Source: Mesotaenium endlicherianum
Lineage: Eukaryota
Length of the DNA stretch: 64,000 bases
Assembly (NCBI GenBank): GCA_009602735.1
Contig: WELA01001729.1
Location: forward strand, 62,001-126,000
Reading direction: 5' to 3'
Below the pieces are notes generated by a model that ran no database searches, was not told the origin of the DNA, and saw nothing but the letters and a program-made list of their open reading frames with translations. Below, piece after piece: positions 13,258 to 26,752 of this stretch (position 1 is the first letter of the stretch; every line of letters starts with the position of its first letter). The position numbers and the translations under genes are program-made.

Positions 13258-15875
13258 AAAAGGATCATGATGGCATTGTTACGTGACAGAGACCAATTGG
13301 GTTCTCACATCACTGGTGGTGGTGACAGAGGGCCGAGTAAGCCTAAGCCAAAACTTCCTCAGGATTATGACCCTGAGGGAAACCAAAAGTACCCTCTGAT
13401 CAAGTTTCTTACTGACCTTGAGCAGTGGCTGGAAAACTACCCAGAGCTGCAGGACTACGAGAAGGTCACGCACACCGGTGCTCTACTAAAAGGCAGTGCA
13501 GCAGACTGGTGGATTTACTGGAAAGGAGAGCGTAAAGCTCAACAACTCCGTGACCTTACTTGGGTAGAGTTTGTCGAGAAGCTGCATGAGAAGTTTGATA
13601 TTATCAATCAGCTGGAGAAAGCTATCTATGCCATGATCTCCTTAACACGAAAGCAGACCACTTCAGTTGGTGAGATTGCTCAAAAGTTCCAGAAGAACAT
13701 GATGAAGCAGTCGAAATTGCCAGAGCAGTATAGGATAGCATACTTCACGTATGGCTTAAAGTCCGAGGTCTCAGGTCATTTTGCTGAAAAGAAATATGAG
13801 AAACTGGCTGACCTGATCCAGGATGCTCATGCCTGGGATCATTAGCAGTTCAATCACAAGCGCCAGAGTAATGCTTTGGTGCCTAAGATTGTCAAAAAGC
13901 CACATGGTTCCTACAATGCATTTGAAGAAGATCAAGTTGAGGATGATCAGAGTGATGACTACAAGTATGAGTATAATGCCATGCAATCTAGAGGAAGAGG
14001 TGGATACTCTCGAGGTGGCTACGGGAGAGGTGGTGGTAGGACTAAGCCGCACCAACCTCAGCAAAATCTATTTGCTACCATTGTCAAGAGTTAGGTGACT
14101 ACCGCGAGCAGTGTCCTAGAAAGCACCTACCAAAGGCCAAGAGAAAGGATCAACCTTTAAAAGACAGCAACAGTCAGTAATCCAATATACTGACTGTGAG
14201 GATGCTAGAGATAGTGAATCGTCGCTAGTTGCCCTCGTAACGGGTATTATGCGTCCTGCTGAACTGGATTCACTATGCCTGCTTGACAACCAGATGAAGG
14301 AGACCATCAGCAATATAGATCTTCAGAGAGTGCACACTCTGGAAGGTCTTGTTACACTTGATGTCTAATATTTCTTTGCTAATTCAAGAGAAAAATGCAA
14401 AAGTCAGGAAAAGTCAGTCCCCCTTATTCTACTGCATTGTATGATTGCGGGTAGGAAGGTGAGGGCATTTGTTGATGGAGGAGCGTCACATACTTTTATC
14501 CACAAGAACTTTGTTAAGCGGATATGGCTGCCTACTGCCACCCAAGGGTTTCGAAAAATATTCCTTGGAGATTCCTCAAGTATCCCGGGAGGAGTTACAA
14601 CCAAGCCTATTGAGGTCCAAATAGATTCTGGCATTGCGATTCTAAGTGAAACGATTACATTTGAGGTAGTCAACACTGGCTTTTACGATCTTATGCTAGG
14701 AAGATCCTAACTCAATAGACATAAAGTTGAAGTGTGTTGGAGCAAAGGTACAATTAAAGCGAGAGGAGCTTGGCACCCACCAGTGCTCTTCCTCTTGTCC
14801 TGTATGGATGGCAAATGAAGGAAAAGAAGAGACTTTCAGGAGGATGCAAGTTGCTGAATGCAATGGACTTCGTCGAAAGCTGGAACCAGAAGGAAGACAT
14901 AATGTTCTGTCTGCTGCTCCAAGAGGTACCCCCTCAACCTGAAGAAGTGGTTGAGAAAAGGTGAGCCCTCTGGAGCGCCCTACAGCTGCAAAAATTGTTG
15001 CTCAGTATGATGATGTTTGTAACATGCCTTTAGGACTGCCCCCAAAGAGGGAGGTGGATCATAAAAAATTATGTGGGAGTCAACCATCTTGCCAACGCAC
15101 TTATGGCTTGTCCTATGTGGAAAGTGCAAAGTTAAAAACACAAATTTCAGAGTTGGAGGAGAATGGATATATTTCTCCCAGTAAATCATCTTATGACGCA
15201 CCCATCTTATTTGTTAAGAGAAAGGATGGCACTATGCGAATGTGTGTGGATTACAGAGGTCTGAACAAAATCGTAGTAAAGAACAAGTGTGCTTTACCCT
15301 GAATAAAGGACTTGCTTGATACACTGTCTGGTACTATAGTGTTCAGTAAGATTGATGTCAAGAGTGGTTATCATCAGATCAGAGTTGCTGAGGGAGATGA
15401 ACATAAGATTGCATTTTGCACACGTTATTGACACTATGAGTTTAATGTGATGCCATTTGGATTGACTAAAGCTCCTGCAACCTTCATGGGTGCTATAATT
15501 GACAATTTCAGACCTTACTTGGACAGGTTTGTGCAAGTCTTTTTAGATGACATTCTAATTTTCTCTAAAAGAGAGTTTGAGCATGCCGAACACTTGAAGA
15601 CAATAATGGACACTCACAGAAAGATTCAATTTTATGCTAAAATGAGCAAGTGTGATCTCTTTAAGGAGAGTATTGAATTCATAGAACACGTTATCAGTAA
15701 GGAAGGCATTAGTGTGGATCCTAAGAAAGTGTAGACCATAAGGGAGTGGCCAGTACCTTTATCTCACAAGTTAGATCCTTCCTAGCGCTGACTAATTACT
15801 ACAGGAGATTTATTGAGAATTATTCCGCAATGGCTAGTAAACTGACTGACCTCACTAAAAAGAACATAGGGTATG
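13258..15875 (+). pseudogene. Old family A host copy H, part 1 (gag 3' part, PR, RT)
   Basis: Degenerate ORFs 13267-13845, 14441-14710, 14961-15302, 15447-15734 (VFLDDIL); ends at TSD GTATG 15871-15875. Confidence 0.88.
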
Positions 15876-18589
15876 TGTAATGAATCAATATATTGGTTGA
15901 TATAATATTCGTTTGAATATAATAGTTAAATAAGTTCAGCCTGCTGAACTTTAGTTAATATTGAGTCTGGTGGACTCTATTAAATAATCAATTTAATGAC
16001 TCAGCCGGGAGCAGCAGGCTGAAGTCAACTTAGGTCAGCTTGCTGACACATTCTTTGACAGCCAGCTGACTTCTGTACTCGGTAGCAGCGAACTGCCTAG
16101 ATACGCATCTAAGTGTGGTGTGCTAGATGAATGGCCAAATGACATCCTTCGGATGGATGGCGATTCGGGATGATGGGAAATGTCGGTGGATTTGGTCACC
16201 CGAGGTCCTACCAACGTGGTTAAGTCCCGGGTAGGCGGTGCCATCGCACTGGCCGTTGAATTGTAAACTCATTCCATGTACATGTGCTAGGATTGCTCTC
16301 AAGTTCGGCATTCAGAAACGAGGGCAACTCTCCTGTACTGCTTTTGAGAGAGATCTGAATCCAAGACGAGAAGCTATTGATATGCACTGTCTCCTAGCCT
16401 TGCTTATGTGTGAGTTTACTGATTGCATTATTGATGCTAGTATACCTCCATTTGACTTACGAGTATTGTCCACTGCTAGTGTGTTGTCTTTTGCTGTTTA
16501 ATTAATCAACATAAAATACCATAAAGATTACTTGCTGATATAATGATCTTCATTCATTATTGATTGCCTTTTTAGTAAGCCGATTCATTTCAATGGTATC
16601 GGAGCAGTTATCACAGTCTTCTTTGTGTGGTAAGGACAAGGTCTCAAACTAGCAACTCCCAAGACATGGAGAACCAGGATAACGAGAATGTCAAAAATTA
16701 GACGGAAAGCCATGTAGCGGGAACCCGTACCTATTCTGAAGCAGTGGCAGATACTGCAGCTAGAGAGGCTGCAGATGAGACAGCTGCTATTGCCGCAGTT
16801 GCAGCACAGCAGGCTGAGGAGGAGAGAGCCGGATTGAAAAGTTGAACGATTAGCAAAGGCTGCTAAAGATACAAAAAGGAGGGAAGGACAGCCAGCGGAC
16901 GAGCGCACCATGGAAGAACATGTGGCATCAAGGGCCAATAATCTGAACCCACCTCCTGCTGTACAATTCAATGTGCCCCTAGGTCAATTCGTGACTGGCT
17001 GAATGCGGCAGGAATTGCTGCTGCAGGAGCGGGAGGGACTGTTGAGCACACTACTCAGCGAGTTGATGCCGCTGCTACTGCTGCATTTGCTAGACTCCCA
17101 CCTCAAAATGTGGATCTAGGCGCATTGTTCGTGCAAATGCAATCGCAATGGCGAGCATGTATCAGTCCCAACAGGAGGACAAGAGAATCATAATGTCTCT
17201 GTTGCGGGACAGACACCACCTGGGTGCACAAACCACTGGTGGTGTTGGCTTAGGGCCTAGTAAGCCCAAGCCTAAACCTCCCCAGGATTATGATCTTGAG
17301 GGGAACAAAAAGTATTACCTGATCAAGTTTCTCGCTGATGTCGAGCAGTGGCTAGAGAACTATCCAAAACTGCAAGAATATGAGAAGGTCAGGCACACTG
17401 GTGCTCTACTGAAAGGCAGTGCAGCAGATTGGTGGCTGTATTGGAAAGGAGAGCGTAAGGCTCAATAACTCGGTGACCCTACTTGGGTAGAGTTTGTTGA
17501 GAAACTGCATGAGAAGTTTGATGCGATTTATCAGCAGGAGAAAGCTATCTATGAGATGATCTCCTTCACACTGAAGTAGACCACTTCAGTTGCTGAGTTT
17601 GCTCAAAAGGTCCAGGAGAACATGATGAAGCCGCCAAACATGCCAGAGCCGTATAGGATAGCATACTTTAGGTAAGGCTTGAAATCCGAAGTCTCTGGTC
17701 ATTTTGCTGAAAAGAAGTATGAGAAACTGGCTGACTTGATCCAGGATGCTGATGTCTGGGATCAGCAGCAGTTTAATCACAAGCGCCAGAGTAAAGCTTT
17801 GGTGTCTAAGGTTGCCAAAAAGCCCCACAGTTCCTACAATGCAATTGAAGGAGACCAGGCTGAGGATGATCAGGGTGATGAATATGGGTATGAGTACAAT
17901 GCTATGCAGTCTAGAGGGAGAGGTGGTTTCTCTTGAGGCAGGTAAGGAAGAGGTGGTGGTAGGATTAAGCCGAGACCAGCCTCACCAAAATCGATTTGCT
18001 TCCATTGCCAACAGAGAGGTCACTTCACAGAGCAGTGTCCAGACAAGCATTGTAGTGATTTGAGTATTATATATTAGTTTGCATATACTTTAATGTTTTC
18101 AAATATATTTGGAGTAGTATTGTGTGGAGTCAAGTGTGAATAGGTACTCTAGTAACTTGGTTCATGTCCTTTGAACCTTCCAAGGCATTTTTGAAGTTAG
18201 AGGAAAGACCTAGAAGAACTCCGTGTGGCAAAAGTCAAATGTGCCATTTTTAGGCCAAAAGGACATGTGTACATTATTCTAGAAAGAGGTGGCAAGTTTT
18301 GGGATGTGTTGGGTGCCAACACATCAACATACACTTTCCTAGAAATTACTTATGTAACAAGTATATAAACAAGAGCTAGAACATAGAAAGACATTCCAGA
18401 ATCACTCTTGTACTTGCCAAAATCCAGAAATATATTAACTTTCAAGAAGCCATCTCTCTTTCAAGAAGCTACCACTTGTGTTCAAAGATCCTTGTCTTGA
18501 ATAGATAAAGTATTCTATTTTACTAAGTACTTTATCTATCTGTTTCACTACAGTAGTATCGGAGCTAGGCACTTTGGTAGCACAAGAAG

Positions 18590-19870
18590 ATGGCCGATCC
18601 TCAAGACCAACAGCAAGCTTTTGAAGGAAGCCCTTCCTCTCCAAGACACCCTCCTCCAGCGCCGATGGGAGAGCCCGCTCAAGAAAATCTGCAACAACAA
18701 GAAGCACCACAAGTAGGAGCACACCCTCCTCCAGCGTCCATGGGAGAGCCTACTCAAGGAAATCTGCAACAACAAGAAGCACCACAAGGAGGAGCACCGT
18801 CAAATCCCGTGGCAGCCGCTATAGCAAAGTTGACCCCACCACAAGGAGTTCCCGCAAATGAGTGGGCAGCCTTCCTAATGACCGTCCACAACCAAGTGGG
18901 CTTGGCCACCTATGAAGCAACCGTGCAAGCGTCAAGAGAAGCTATGGCTGCCATGGTTGCCCCTATTGCGAGCAATGCTCAAAATCCAGCCCCGGCTCAA
19001 GCGCCTCCACAAGAGCCAACGAGAGCAAGGAAACTCATCAAGCCCGGCAAACCCGACACTTTCAACCCCGGGAAAGGTGCCAACCTGAATTTATGGCTCT
19101 ACCAAGTGGAGACGTACCTCGCGTTCCTTGAAGTACCCGAGGAGGACTACGTTCCCTTTGCCGTTACCTTACTTAGAGGAGCAGCAACATCATGGTGGCG
19201 TAACTATCAAGCGGCTATATATCAAGCTATGGCGCACCCCATGCTCGGCCAAGAGCCCCCACCATCATATGCAAGATGGGCAGATTTTCGTGAGGCCCTC
19301 AAGAAGCAATTCATGCCCATCAATGCGGAGAAGATTGCCCGAGGAAAGCTCCACCATCTCAAGCAAACGACGTCCGTTCAAGAGTATACATCCAGATTTC
19401 ACGCCCTCACTCTTGAGATCCCCAACATGTCTCTCGAGGAGAAGATTGACCGTTACATCTTTGGCCTCAAACCCAAGGTGGCAAAGGAAGTGGAGTTACG
19501 CGACTTGACGGACTTCTCAAAGATCATTGAAGTGGCCCAAAAGGTGGATACCTTGGATTTCAAGCACTCCGTGCCTTCATCTTCACGGGTACCGACGACG
19601 CGGGTGTACGCAGCCCCTTCCACATCCGAATCTGGACCCACACCCATGGAAATCGGAGTTATTAAAAGGGACCCCGCGGCTGCCCGGAAGAGTGGAAGAC
19701 CCTCCAATGACACTTATGATGCAAGAAACCAGCAAGGAGTGAAAGCAAGACTCTCCCCGGCTGAAAAAGAAGCTCTCATGACGGCTGGACTATGCTTTTA
19801 TTGCAAGGAAAAGGGCCATCGTGCACTGTCATGCCCCAAAAAGTTGTCAAAAAACGGACAGCGCCGGTAG
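18590..19870 (+). CDS. gag: Family B Gag (426 aa)
   Basis: Retrotransposon Gag core (LKQTTSVQEYTSRF), GPTPMEIG motif, CFYCKEKGHRALSC zinc knuckle. Confidence 0.93.
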   Translation: MADPQDQQQAFEGSPSSPRHPPPAPMGEPAQENLQQQEAPQVGAHPPPASMGEPTQGNLQQQEAPQGGAPSNPVAAAIAKLTPPQGVPANEWAAFLMTVHNQVGLATYEATVQASREAMAAMVAPIASNAQNPAPAQAPPQEPTRARKLIKPGKPDTFNPGKGANLNLWLYQVETYLAFLEVPEEDYVPFAVTLLRGAATSWWRNYQAAIYQAMAHPMLGQEPPPSYARWADFREALKKQFMPINAEKIARGKLHHLKQTTSVQEYTSRFHALTLEIPNMSLEEKIDRYIFGLKPKVAKEVELRDLTDFSKIIEVAQKVDTLDFKHSVPSSSRVPTTRVYAAPSTSESGPTPMEIGVIKRDPAAARKSGRPSNDTYDARNQQGVKARLSPAEKEALMTAGLCFYCKEKGHRALSCPKKLSKNGQRR

Positions 19871-19884
19871 GCCAGGAGCCTACC
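19849..19884 (+). promoter_or_regulatory. Predicted -1 ribosomal frameshift signal of family B
   Basis: A_AAA_AAC in the gag frame (19849-19855); pol lies in the -1 frame; hairpin GGTAGGC/GCCTACC at 19866-19884. Confidence 0.75.
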
Positions 19885-22800
19885 ACCCCAAGACCCACTT
19901 CACGAAAAGGCAACATGCCAATTGAGGTGGAGACCCCCGTTGAAGACGACGTTCCAGCCCCAATGAGTTTGAGAGGTTACCTTGGAGGAAAGAAGGTCCA
20001 CATCTTGGTGGATAGCGGAGCTCAAGGCAACTTTATTGTTGCAGATTTGGCCACCAAGCACGGTATTACTATGCAAACTCTTGACCACGACGAGGAGATT
20101 ATGATGCCCGATGGATTCTCCTATACTACCCCTTCCAAGAAGACGTACCCCTTGGCACTCTCTATCAAGTCCTTCAAGGATAGAGTAGTGTTCTCGCCCA
20201 TGCAATTGGGCAAGTACGACGTCATCCTAGGGACGCCTTAGTTGACCAAGCACAATCCCCAAGTTGATAGGAGGACCGGTACTATCAAAATCAAGAATGA
20301 CATCACTTCAAGAATCTGCATTTTGCGCGCAATCCAGAATATCCAGACCCAAGACATCCGGAAGCCGACACCCGAGATACTATTGTCCGCCCTCCAACTC
20401 AAGAGACTTGTGAGGAAGGGACACGAGCTTCTTTTGGCCTTGATCACGCCAAAAGACATCAAGAAAGACATCGAGAGTCAAGAAGGCAGCCCCGTTCCCA
20501 AGGAGATACAAGAAGTCTTAGAGGACTACAAAGAAGTGTTCTCCCCGGAATTGCCCAAGGGCCTACCCCCCAAAAGATTCGTAGACCACAAGATAGAGTT
20601 GGAGCCCGGAAGCAAGCCCATCTCTCGGCCTACGTTCAAAATGTCATACACGGAGCTAGACGAAGTCAAGAAGCAAATCAAGGAGCTACTGGAGCATGGC
20701 TTCATTCGACCTAGCAAGTCGCCATTTGGAGCCCCGGTGCTATTTGTCAAGAAGAAAGATGGTACCTTGAGGATGTGTGTGGACTATCGCGCCCTCAACA
20801 AGATCACCATCAAGAATCGATACCCGCTGCCGCGCATGGATGAGCTCATGGACCGGCTGGTTGGAGCCAAGTACTTCACGAAGATTGACTTACGGAGCGG
20901 CTACCACCAGATTCGCATCGCAGAACCGGACATAGAGAAGACGGCATTCAGGACAAGATATGGACATTTTGAGTTCATGGTCCTGCCATTTGGACTCACC
21001 AACGCGCCAGCAACTTTCATGACTATGATGAACACCATATTTCAGCCCATGTTGGACAGATTTGTGGTGGTATTCATCGATGACATCCTTATCTACAGCA
21101 AGACCCTTGAAGAGCATGCGAGACACTTGAAAGAAGTCCTTGAAGTATTGAAGCAAAACAAGCTATTTGCGAAGGAGTCAAAGTGCGAGTTTGCCAAACA
21201 AGAAGTGGAGTTCCTAGGTCTCCACGTGACTGCTGATGGCATCAAGATGGACCCCAAGAAGACCACGGTGGTGGAGGAATGGCCAACCGCCACGACCAAG
21301 AAAGAACTCCAGTCATTCTTGGGATTTGCCAATTGGTACAGAAAATTCATCCAAGGCTTCTCGCACATAGCAGCCCCCTTGACAGATCTACTCAAGAAGG
21401 ACAGGCTTTATGCATGGACCGAGAAAGAGGAAGAGGCATTTCAAGAATTAAAGCGAAGATTGACCACATCCCCGGTGCTCACTCTCCCAAGTCCAAACCC
21501 TGATTGGCCCTTCCACGTCATCACCGATGCATCTTCCTATGCAATAGGAGCAATCCTGCTTCAAGACCAAGGCACGGGACTGCAGCCCATTGCCTACGAG
21601 TCAAGAAAGCTAAATCCGGCCGAGCAAAATTATACGACCACGAAGCGAGAGGCATTGGCGATTGTACATGCCTTGAAGGTTTGGCGCTGCTACGTTGAAG
21701 GACGCAAGGTACTGGTCACCACGGACCACGAGGCGTTAAAGCACCTCCAGACGCAGCCGTATCTCTCAAGGAGACAAGCAAGATGGAGCGGATACTTGCA
21801 ACAATACAACATCACGATTCAGTACCAGCCCGGCAAGACAAACCCGGCTGACCCCCTCTCAAGACTGCAATTAAATGCAGTGATGGTATCCCTGAAGACA
21901 GATCTGGAAGCTCGATTTTCAGCCGCCTATGAAAGAGACCCTTACTACAAGAACGGAGAAGCAGCCTTGGACCCATGCAAGAAGCAAGAAGGCAATTATT
22001 GGGTGAGGCAAGATACGGGCCAGAGATGTGTTCCTAATGACTTAGACCTCCGGCTCTTGCTTCTACGAGAAGCACACGACAACCCTCTTGGAGGACACTT
22101 TGGAATCCTAAGGACCACGGGCGTTCTAGCTAGGACTTATTGTTGGCCAGGCATGTCTAAGCAAGTCAAGGAGTACTGCAGGAGCTGTGACACATGCCAA
22201 AGAATCAAGCCATCATCGCAAAAGGCGGGAGGACTCCTCCAACCACTACCAATCCCCGAAAGACAATGGACGGACATCTCAATGGACCTTATCGTGGACT
22301 TGCCCGTGACACCTCGAGGCCATAATGCAATACTCACGGTGGTGGACAGACTTACCAAGATGGCTCATTTTATTCCCACGACGACTAAGGCTACAGCACC
22401 ACAACTTGCAAGACTCATCTTTGACAACATCTTCCGACTCCATGGACTACCATCAAGAATTGTGTCAGATAGAGACCCAAGATTCACAAGCCATTTCTGG
22501 AAAAATCTCTTCAAGGACTTGGGTACATCGCTGGATATGTCCACTGCCTACCACCCGCAATCAGATGGGCAAACCGAGCGTATGAATCGTACCCTAAAGA
22601 CCTCTCTAAAGGCCTACGTGTCTACTCTGGAGCAAGATTGGGACATGTACTTGACCCCCCTTGAGTTTGCCTACAACAACACAACGCAAGCCTTTACCCA
22701 AGAGTCCCCATTCTTCCTCAACTATGGCTTCCATCCGACCACGCCACTGAGCTTCACGGCTGGCCTTGATGAAGTACCTGCAGCCACAGATTTTATGGAG

Positions 22801-23197
22801 ACATTAGAAGCAGCCCTTACAGCAGCGAAGAAAGCTCTACAACACGCGCAAGATGCTCAAGCAAGAGTGGCGAACAGATCCAGAAGAAAAATTACGTACA
22901 GAGTGGGTGACAATGTGTTACTATCATCCAAGAACATTTCCCTGAACAACAGGCCTGCCGGCAGCAAGTTCTCTCCCAAGTATTTGGGACCCTTCAAGAT
23001 TATCCAGCAAGTCAACCCCGTTGCTTTCAAGCTAGAACTTCCCCAGACTATGCACATCGACCCCGTATTCCACGCTTCCCTCTTCAAGCCGTATGTGCAA
23101 CCCGACAACAAGTTCCCAGGACGTGTGACAACCCCACCAGCCCCAACAATAGTGGATGATCATTTGGAGTACGAAGTGGAAGACATAGTGGCTATGA
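19855..23197 (+). pseudogene. pol: Family B Pol (PR-RT-RH-IN-chromodomain start), one premature TAG at 20239-20241, end in N gap
   Basis: LVDSGA protease, FIDDIL RT, TDASSY RNase H, HHCC + DDE integrase, GPF motif, EYEVEDI chromodomain start. Confidence 0.93.
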
Positions 23198-23295
23198 NNN
23201 NNNNNNNNNNNNNNNNNNNNNNNNNNNNNNNNNNNNNNNNNNNNNNNNNNNNNNNNNNNNNNNNNNNNNNNNNNNNNNNNNNNNNNNNNNNNNNT

Positions 23296-23795
23296 TGTAG
23301 TGAAACAGATAGATAAAGTACTTAGTAAAACAGAATAGTTTATCTATTCAAGACAAGGATCTTTGAACACAAGTGATAGCTTCTTGAAAGTGAGATGGCT
23401 TCTTGAAAGTTAATATATTTCTGGATTTTGGCAAGTACAAGAGTGATTCTGGAATGTCTTTCTATGTTCAAGCTCTTGTTTATATACTTGCTACATAAGT
23501 AATTTCTAGGAAAGTGTATGTAGATGTGTTGGCACCCAACACATCCCAAAACTTGCCACCTCTTTCTAGAATGTACACATGTCCTTTTGACCTAAAAATG
23601 GCACATTTGACTTTTGCCACATGGAGTTCTTCTAAGTCTTTCCTCTAACTTCGAAAATGCCTTGGAAGGTTCAAAGGACATGAATAAAGTTATCAGAGTA
23701 CCTATTCACACTTGACTCCACACACTACTACTCCAAATATATTTGAAAACAATAAAATATATGCAAACTAATATATAATAACTCAAATCACTACA
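23296..23795 (-). repeat. Family B LTR in antisense orientation inside element B
   Basis: Reverse complement of 18051-18552; left flank hidden by N gap 23198-23294. Confidence 0.88.
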
Positions 23796-24607
23796 GCGGC
23801 GCACTACCTTGACAAAGTTCAGAGAAAGTTGAAGCGCTTCCATACCGCCAACCCCCATCTTTGACCAGCCCCAAGTCTCTCTACTAAAAGCCCAAAGACT
23901 TGAAGGAGGCAGCCTGCCACCATCAAGAAGCAGCAGAAGACCCCTTGGAGGCAGCCTGCAAGAACAAGAAAGACGAAAAATTGACATTAGACACTCTTCT
24001 CTTCTCGCAGTTTCTAGACAGAAAACTAAAACTGCTACTGGTGATAGGTCTCTGCTTAATATATCCTGAAAATTGACCTAGCTGTAGTCCTTGAGTAGCC
24101 GGTCATTTAGAGTCCAAGTTTGCACAATTTGGAGCACTGGTGAGAGAGATATGATGCTCTAAGTAGAAGGGGGTCAGGCTGCTGGCATTGTAAGGACAGA
24201 ATATGCCTTCTAACATTGTGCCCTCCCCTGAACTTGGAATGCTCTGAAACTCAAGACTCTGGTAGAACATCTTACAGCGCCCAGTTTGAGACTTAGTTTG
24301 CAAAATTTGGAGAAGCATAGAAGGACTTCTGATTTTCAGAAGTTTCTGCACAGATTTGGAGGAGTGCCTACTCTCTCAGCTCTCAACGACACTCCAGACA
24401 TGAGAATGCTCTCAAATTTGGTGACCCAGTAGAATTCTCTGACGCGGTCCGTTTGGCACTTGAATTTTCAGATTTAGAGCAGTCCTTTGGCCGCTATGAA
24501 TTTTTGAATTTGTGGCAGGTTTTGGGCCAACTTGTACAATTTTCTTTATCATCAAGGAGTAGGCTAGCCAATAAGGTCACACCACCTACGACCTTACCTA
24601 GTCTACC

Positions 24608-24720
24608 TTACATGTGTAGCACCTGACTTGGCGCCTTTGACTAGTCCTCTTCACATGTGTGGCATCTGACTTGAAACTGTTGACTAGTTTGCTCCACATG
24701 TGTAAGACCTGACTTGACGC
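24608..24720 (+). repeat. Three ~43 bp degenerate tandem repeats in the family B 3' UTR
   Basis: Core CATGTGT(A/G)NNN(C/T)CTGACTTG recurs three times upstream of the PPT. Confidence 0.7.
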
Positions 24721-26752
24721 GCCGAGACGTCGCTTTTTCTATCGGGGGGGTGATGTAGTGATTTGAGTATAATATATTAGTTTGCATATACTTTAATGTT
24801 TTCAAATATATTTGGAGTAGTATTCTGTGGAGTCAAGTGTGACTAGGTACCCTAGTAACTTGGTTCATGTCCTTTGAACCTTCCAAGGCATTTTCGAAGT
24901 TAGAGGAAAGACCTAGAAGATCTCCATGTGGCAAAAGTCAAATGTGCCATTTTTAGGTCAAAAGGACATGTGTACATTATTCTAGAAAGAGGTGGCAAGT
25001 TTTGGGATGTGTTGGGTGCCAACACATCAACATACACTTTCCTAGAAATTACTTATGTAACAAGTATATAAACAAGAGCTAGAACATAGAAAGACATTCC
25101 AGAATCACTATTGCACTTGCCAAAATCCAGAAATATATTAACTTTCAAGAAGCCATCTCTCTTTCAAGAAGCTATCACTTGTGTTCAAAGAACCTTGTCT
25201 TGAATACATAAACTATTCTGTTTTACTAAGTACTTTATCTATCTGTTTCACTACAAGCATCTCCCAAAGGTCGAGAGAAAAGACCAGCCTTTAAAAGACA
25301 GCAATAGTCAGTAATCCAGTCTACTGACTGTGAGGATGCTAGAGATAGTGAGTAGCCACTAGCTGCCCTCGTAGCAGGTATTATGGGTCCTGCTGAAGTT
25401 GATTCACTATGCATGCCTGACAACCAGATAAAGGAGACCATCAACAATATAGATCTCCAGAGAGTGCACACTCTAGATGATCTTGTTCCACCTGATGTCC
25501 AACATTTCTTTGCTAAGTCAGGAGAACAATGCGAAAGTCAGGGAAAGACAGTCCCCCCTATCTTACTGCATTGCACAATTGCAGGTGGGAAGGTGAGGGC
25601 ATTTGTTGACGGAGGAGCGCCACGTACTTTCATCCATCAGGACTTACTTAAGCGACTAAGGCTGCCTATTGTTACCCAAGAGAATAGAAAAATATTTGTT
25701 GGAGATGCCTCAAGTATCCAGGGAGGAATTATAACCAAGCCTATTGAGGTACAGTTAGGTTTTGGCATTGCAGTTCTAACTGAAACGCTTACATTTGAGG
25801 TACTCAACACTGGCTTCTATAATCTCGTGCTAGGCAGGTCCTAGCTTAACAGACATCAAGCTGAAGTGTGTTGGAGTAGAGGTACAGTTTAAGTGAGAGG
25901 AGCCAGTGATGGGCAGACTAACTTGGCACCCACCAGTGCTCTTCCTCTTGTCCTGTACGGATAGCAAATGAAGGAAAAGGAGAGGCTTCCAGGAGGATGC
26001 AAATTCTTGAATGCAATGGAGTTCATCGACAGCTGGAACCAGAAGGAAGACAGAATGTTCTATCTGCTGCTAAGAGAGGTACCTCCTCAACCTGAAGAAG
26101 TGGATGAGAAAAAGGTAAGCCCTCCGGAGCACCCTACTGTTGCAAATATTGTTGCTCAGTACACTGATGTTTTTAATATGCCTCCAAGACTACCTCCTAA
26201 GACAGAAGTGGATCACATGATTGACTTATTATTTGGGAGTCAGCCACCCTACCAACGCACTTATGGCTTGTCTTATGTGGAGAGCGAAGAGTTGAAAACA
26301 CAGATTGCAGAGCTTAAGGAGAATGGTTACATTTCCCCCAGTAAATCACCTTATGGCGCACCCATCCTCTTTGTTAAGAAATAGGATGGGAGTATGCGGA
26401 TGTGTGTTGATTACAGAGCTCTTAACAGAATTACAATAAAGAACAAGTATGCTTTACCCAGAATTGAGGACTTGCTTGACACCCTGTCTGGTGCTAAAGT
26501 GTTCAGTAAGATAGATCTCAAGAGAAGTTATCATCAAATCAGAATTGCTGAGGCGGAAGAACACACGTTATAGACACTATGAGTTCAACGTGATGCCATT
26601 CGACCTGACCAATGCTCCTGCAACCTTCATGGGTGCTATGAATGACATTTCCAGACCATACCTGGATAAGTTTGTGCAAGTCTTCCTGGATGATATTTTA
26701 ATTTTCTCTAAAGATGAAGTTCAACATGCTAAACACTTTAAGACAGTCATGG

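Larger units (their letters stand above)
18051..25255 (+). mobile_element. Family B Ty3/Gypsy chromovirus, full length, 5 bp TSD AGCAT
   Basis: 502 bp LTRs 18051-18552 and 24754-25255 (TGTAGTGA..TCACTACA); AGCAT at 18046-18050 and 25256-25260; PBS TAGTATCGGAGC 18554-18565; G-run PPT ~24744-24753. Confidence 0.95.
15876..26752 (+). mobile_element. Family A copy X, 5' half (LTR 15876-16592, PBS 16594-16605, degenerate gag, PR-RT), interrupted by element B
   Basis: TGTAAT..TTTCA LTR, TGGTATCGGAGC, gag fragments 17148-17936, pol fragments 25383-26752. Confidence 0.88.

Noticed and set aside
15866..15870. ATAGG near LTR 15876 as partner of the CCTAT TSD
   Set aside because: It is normal pol sequence lying 5 bp from the LTR; the adjacent GTATG is the true TSD
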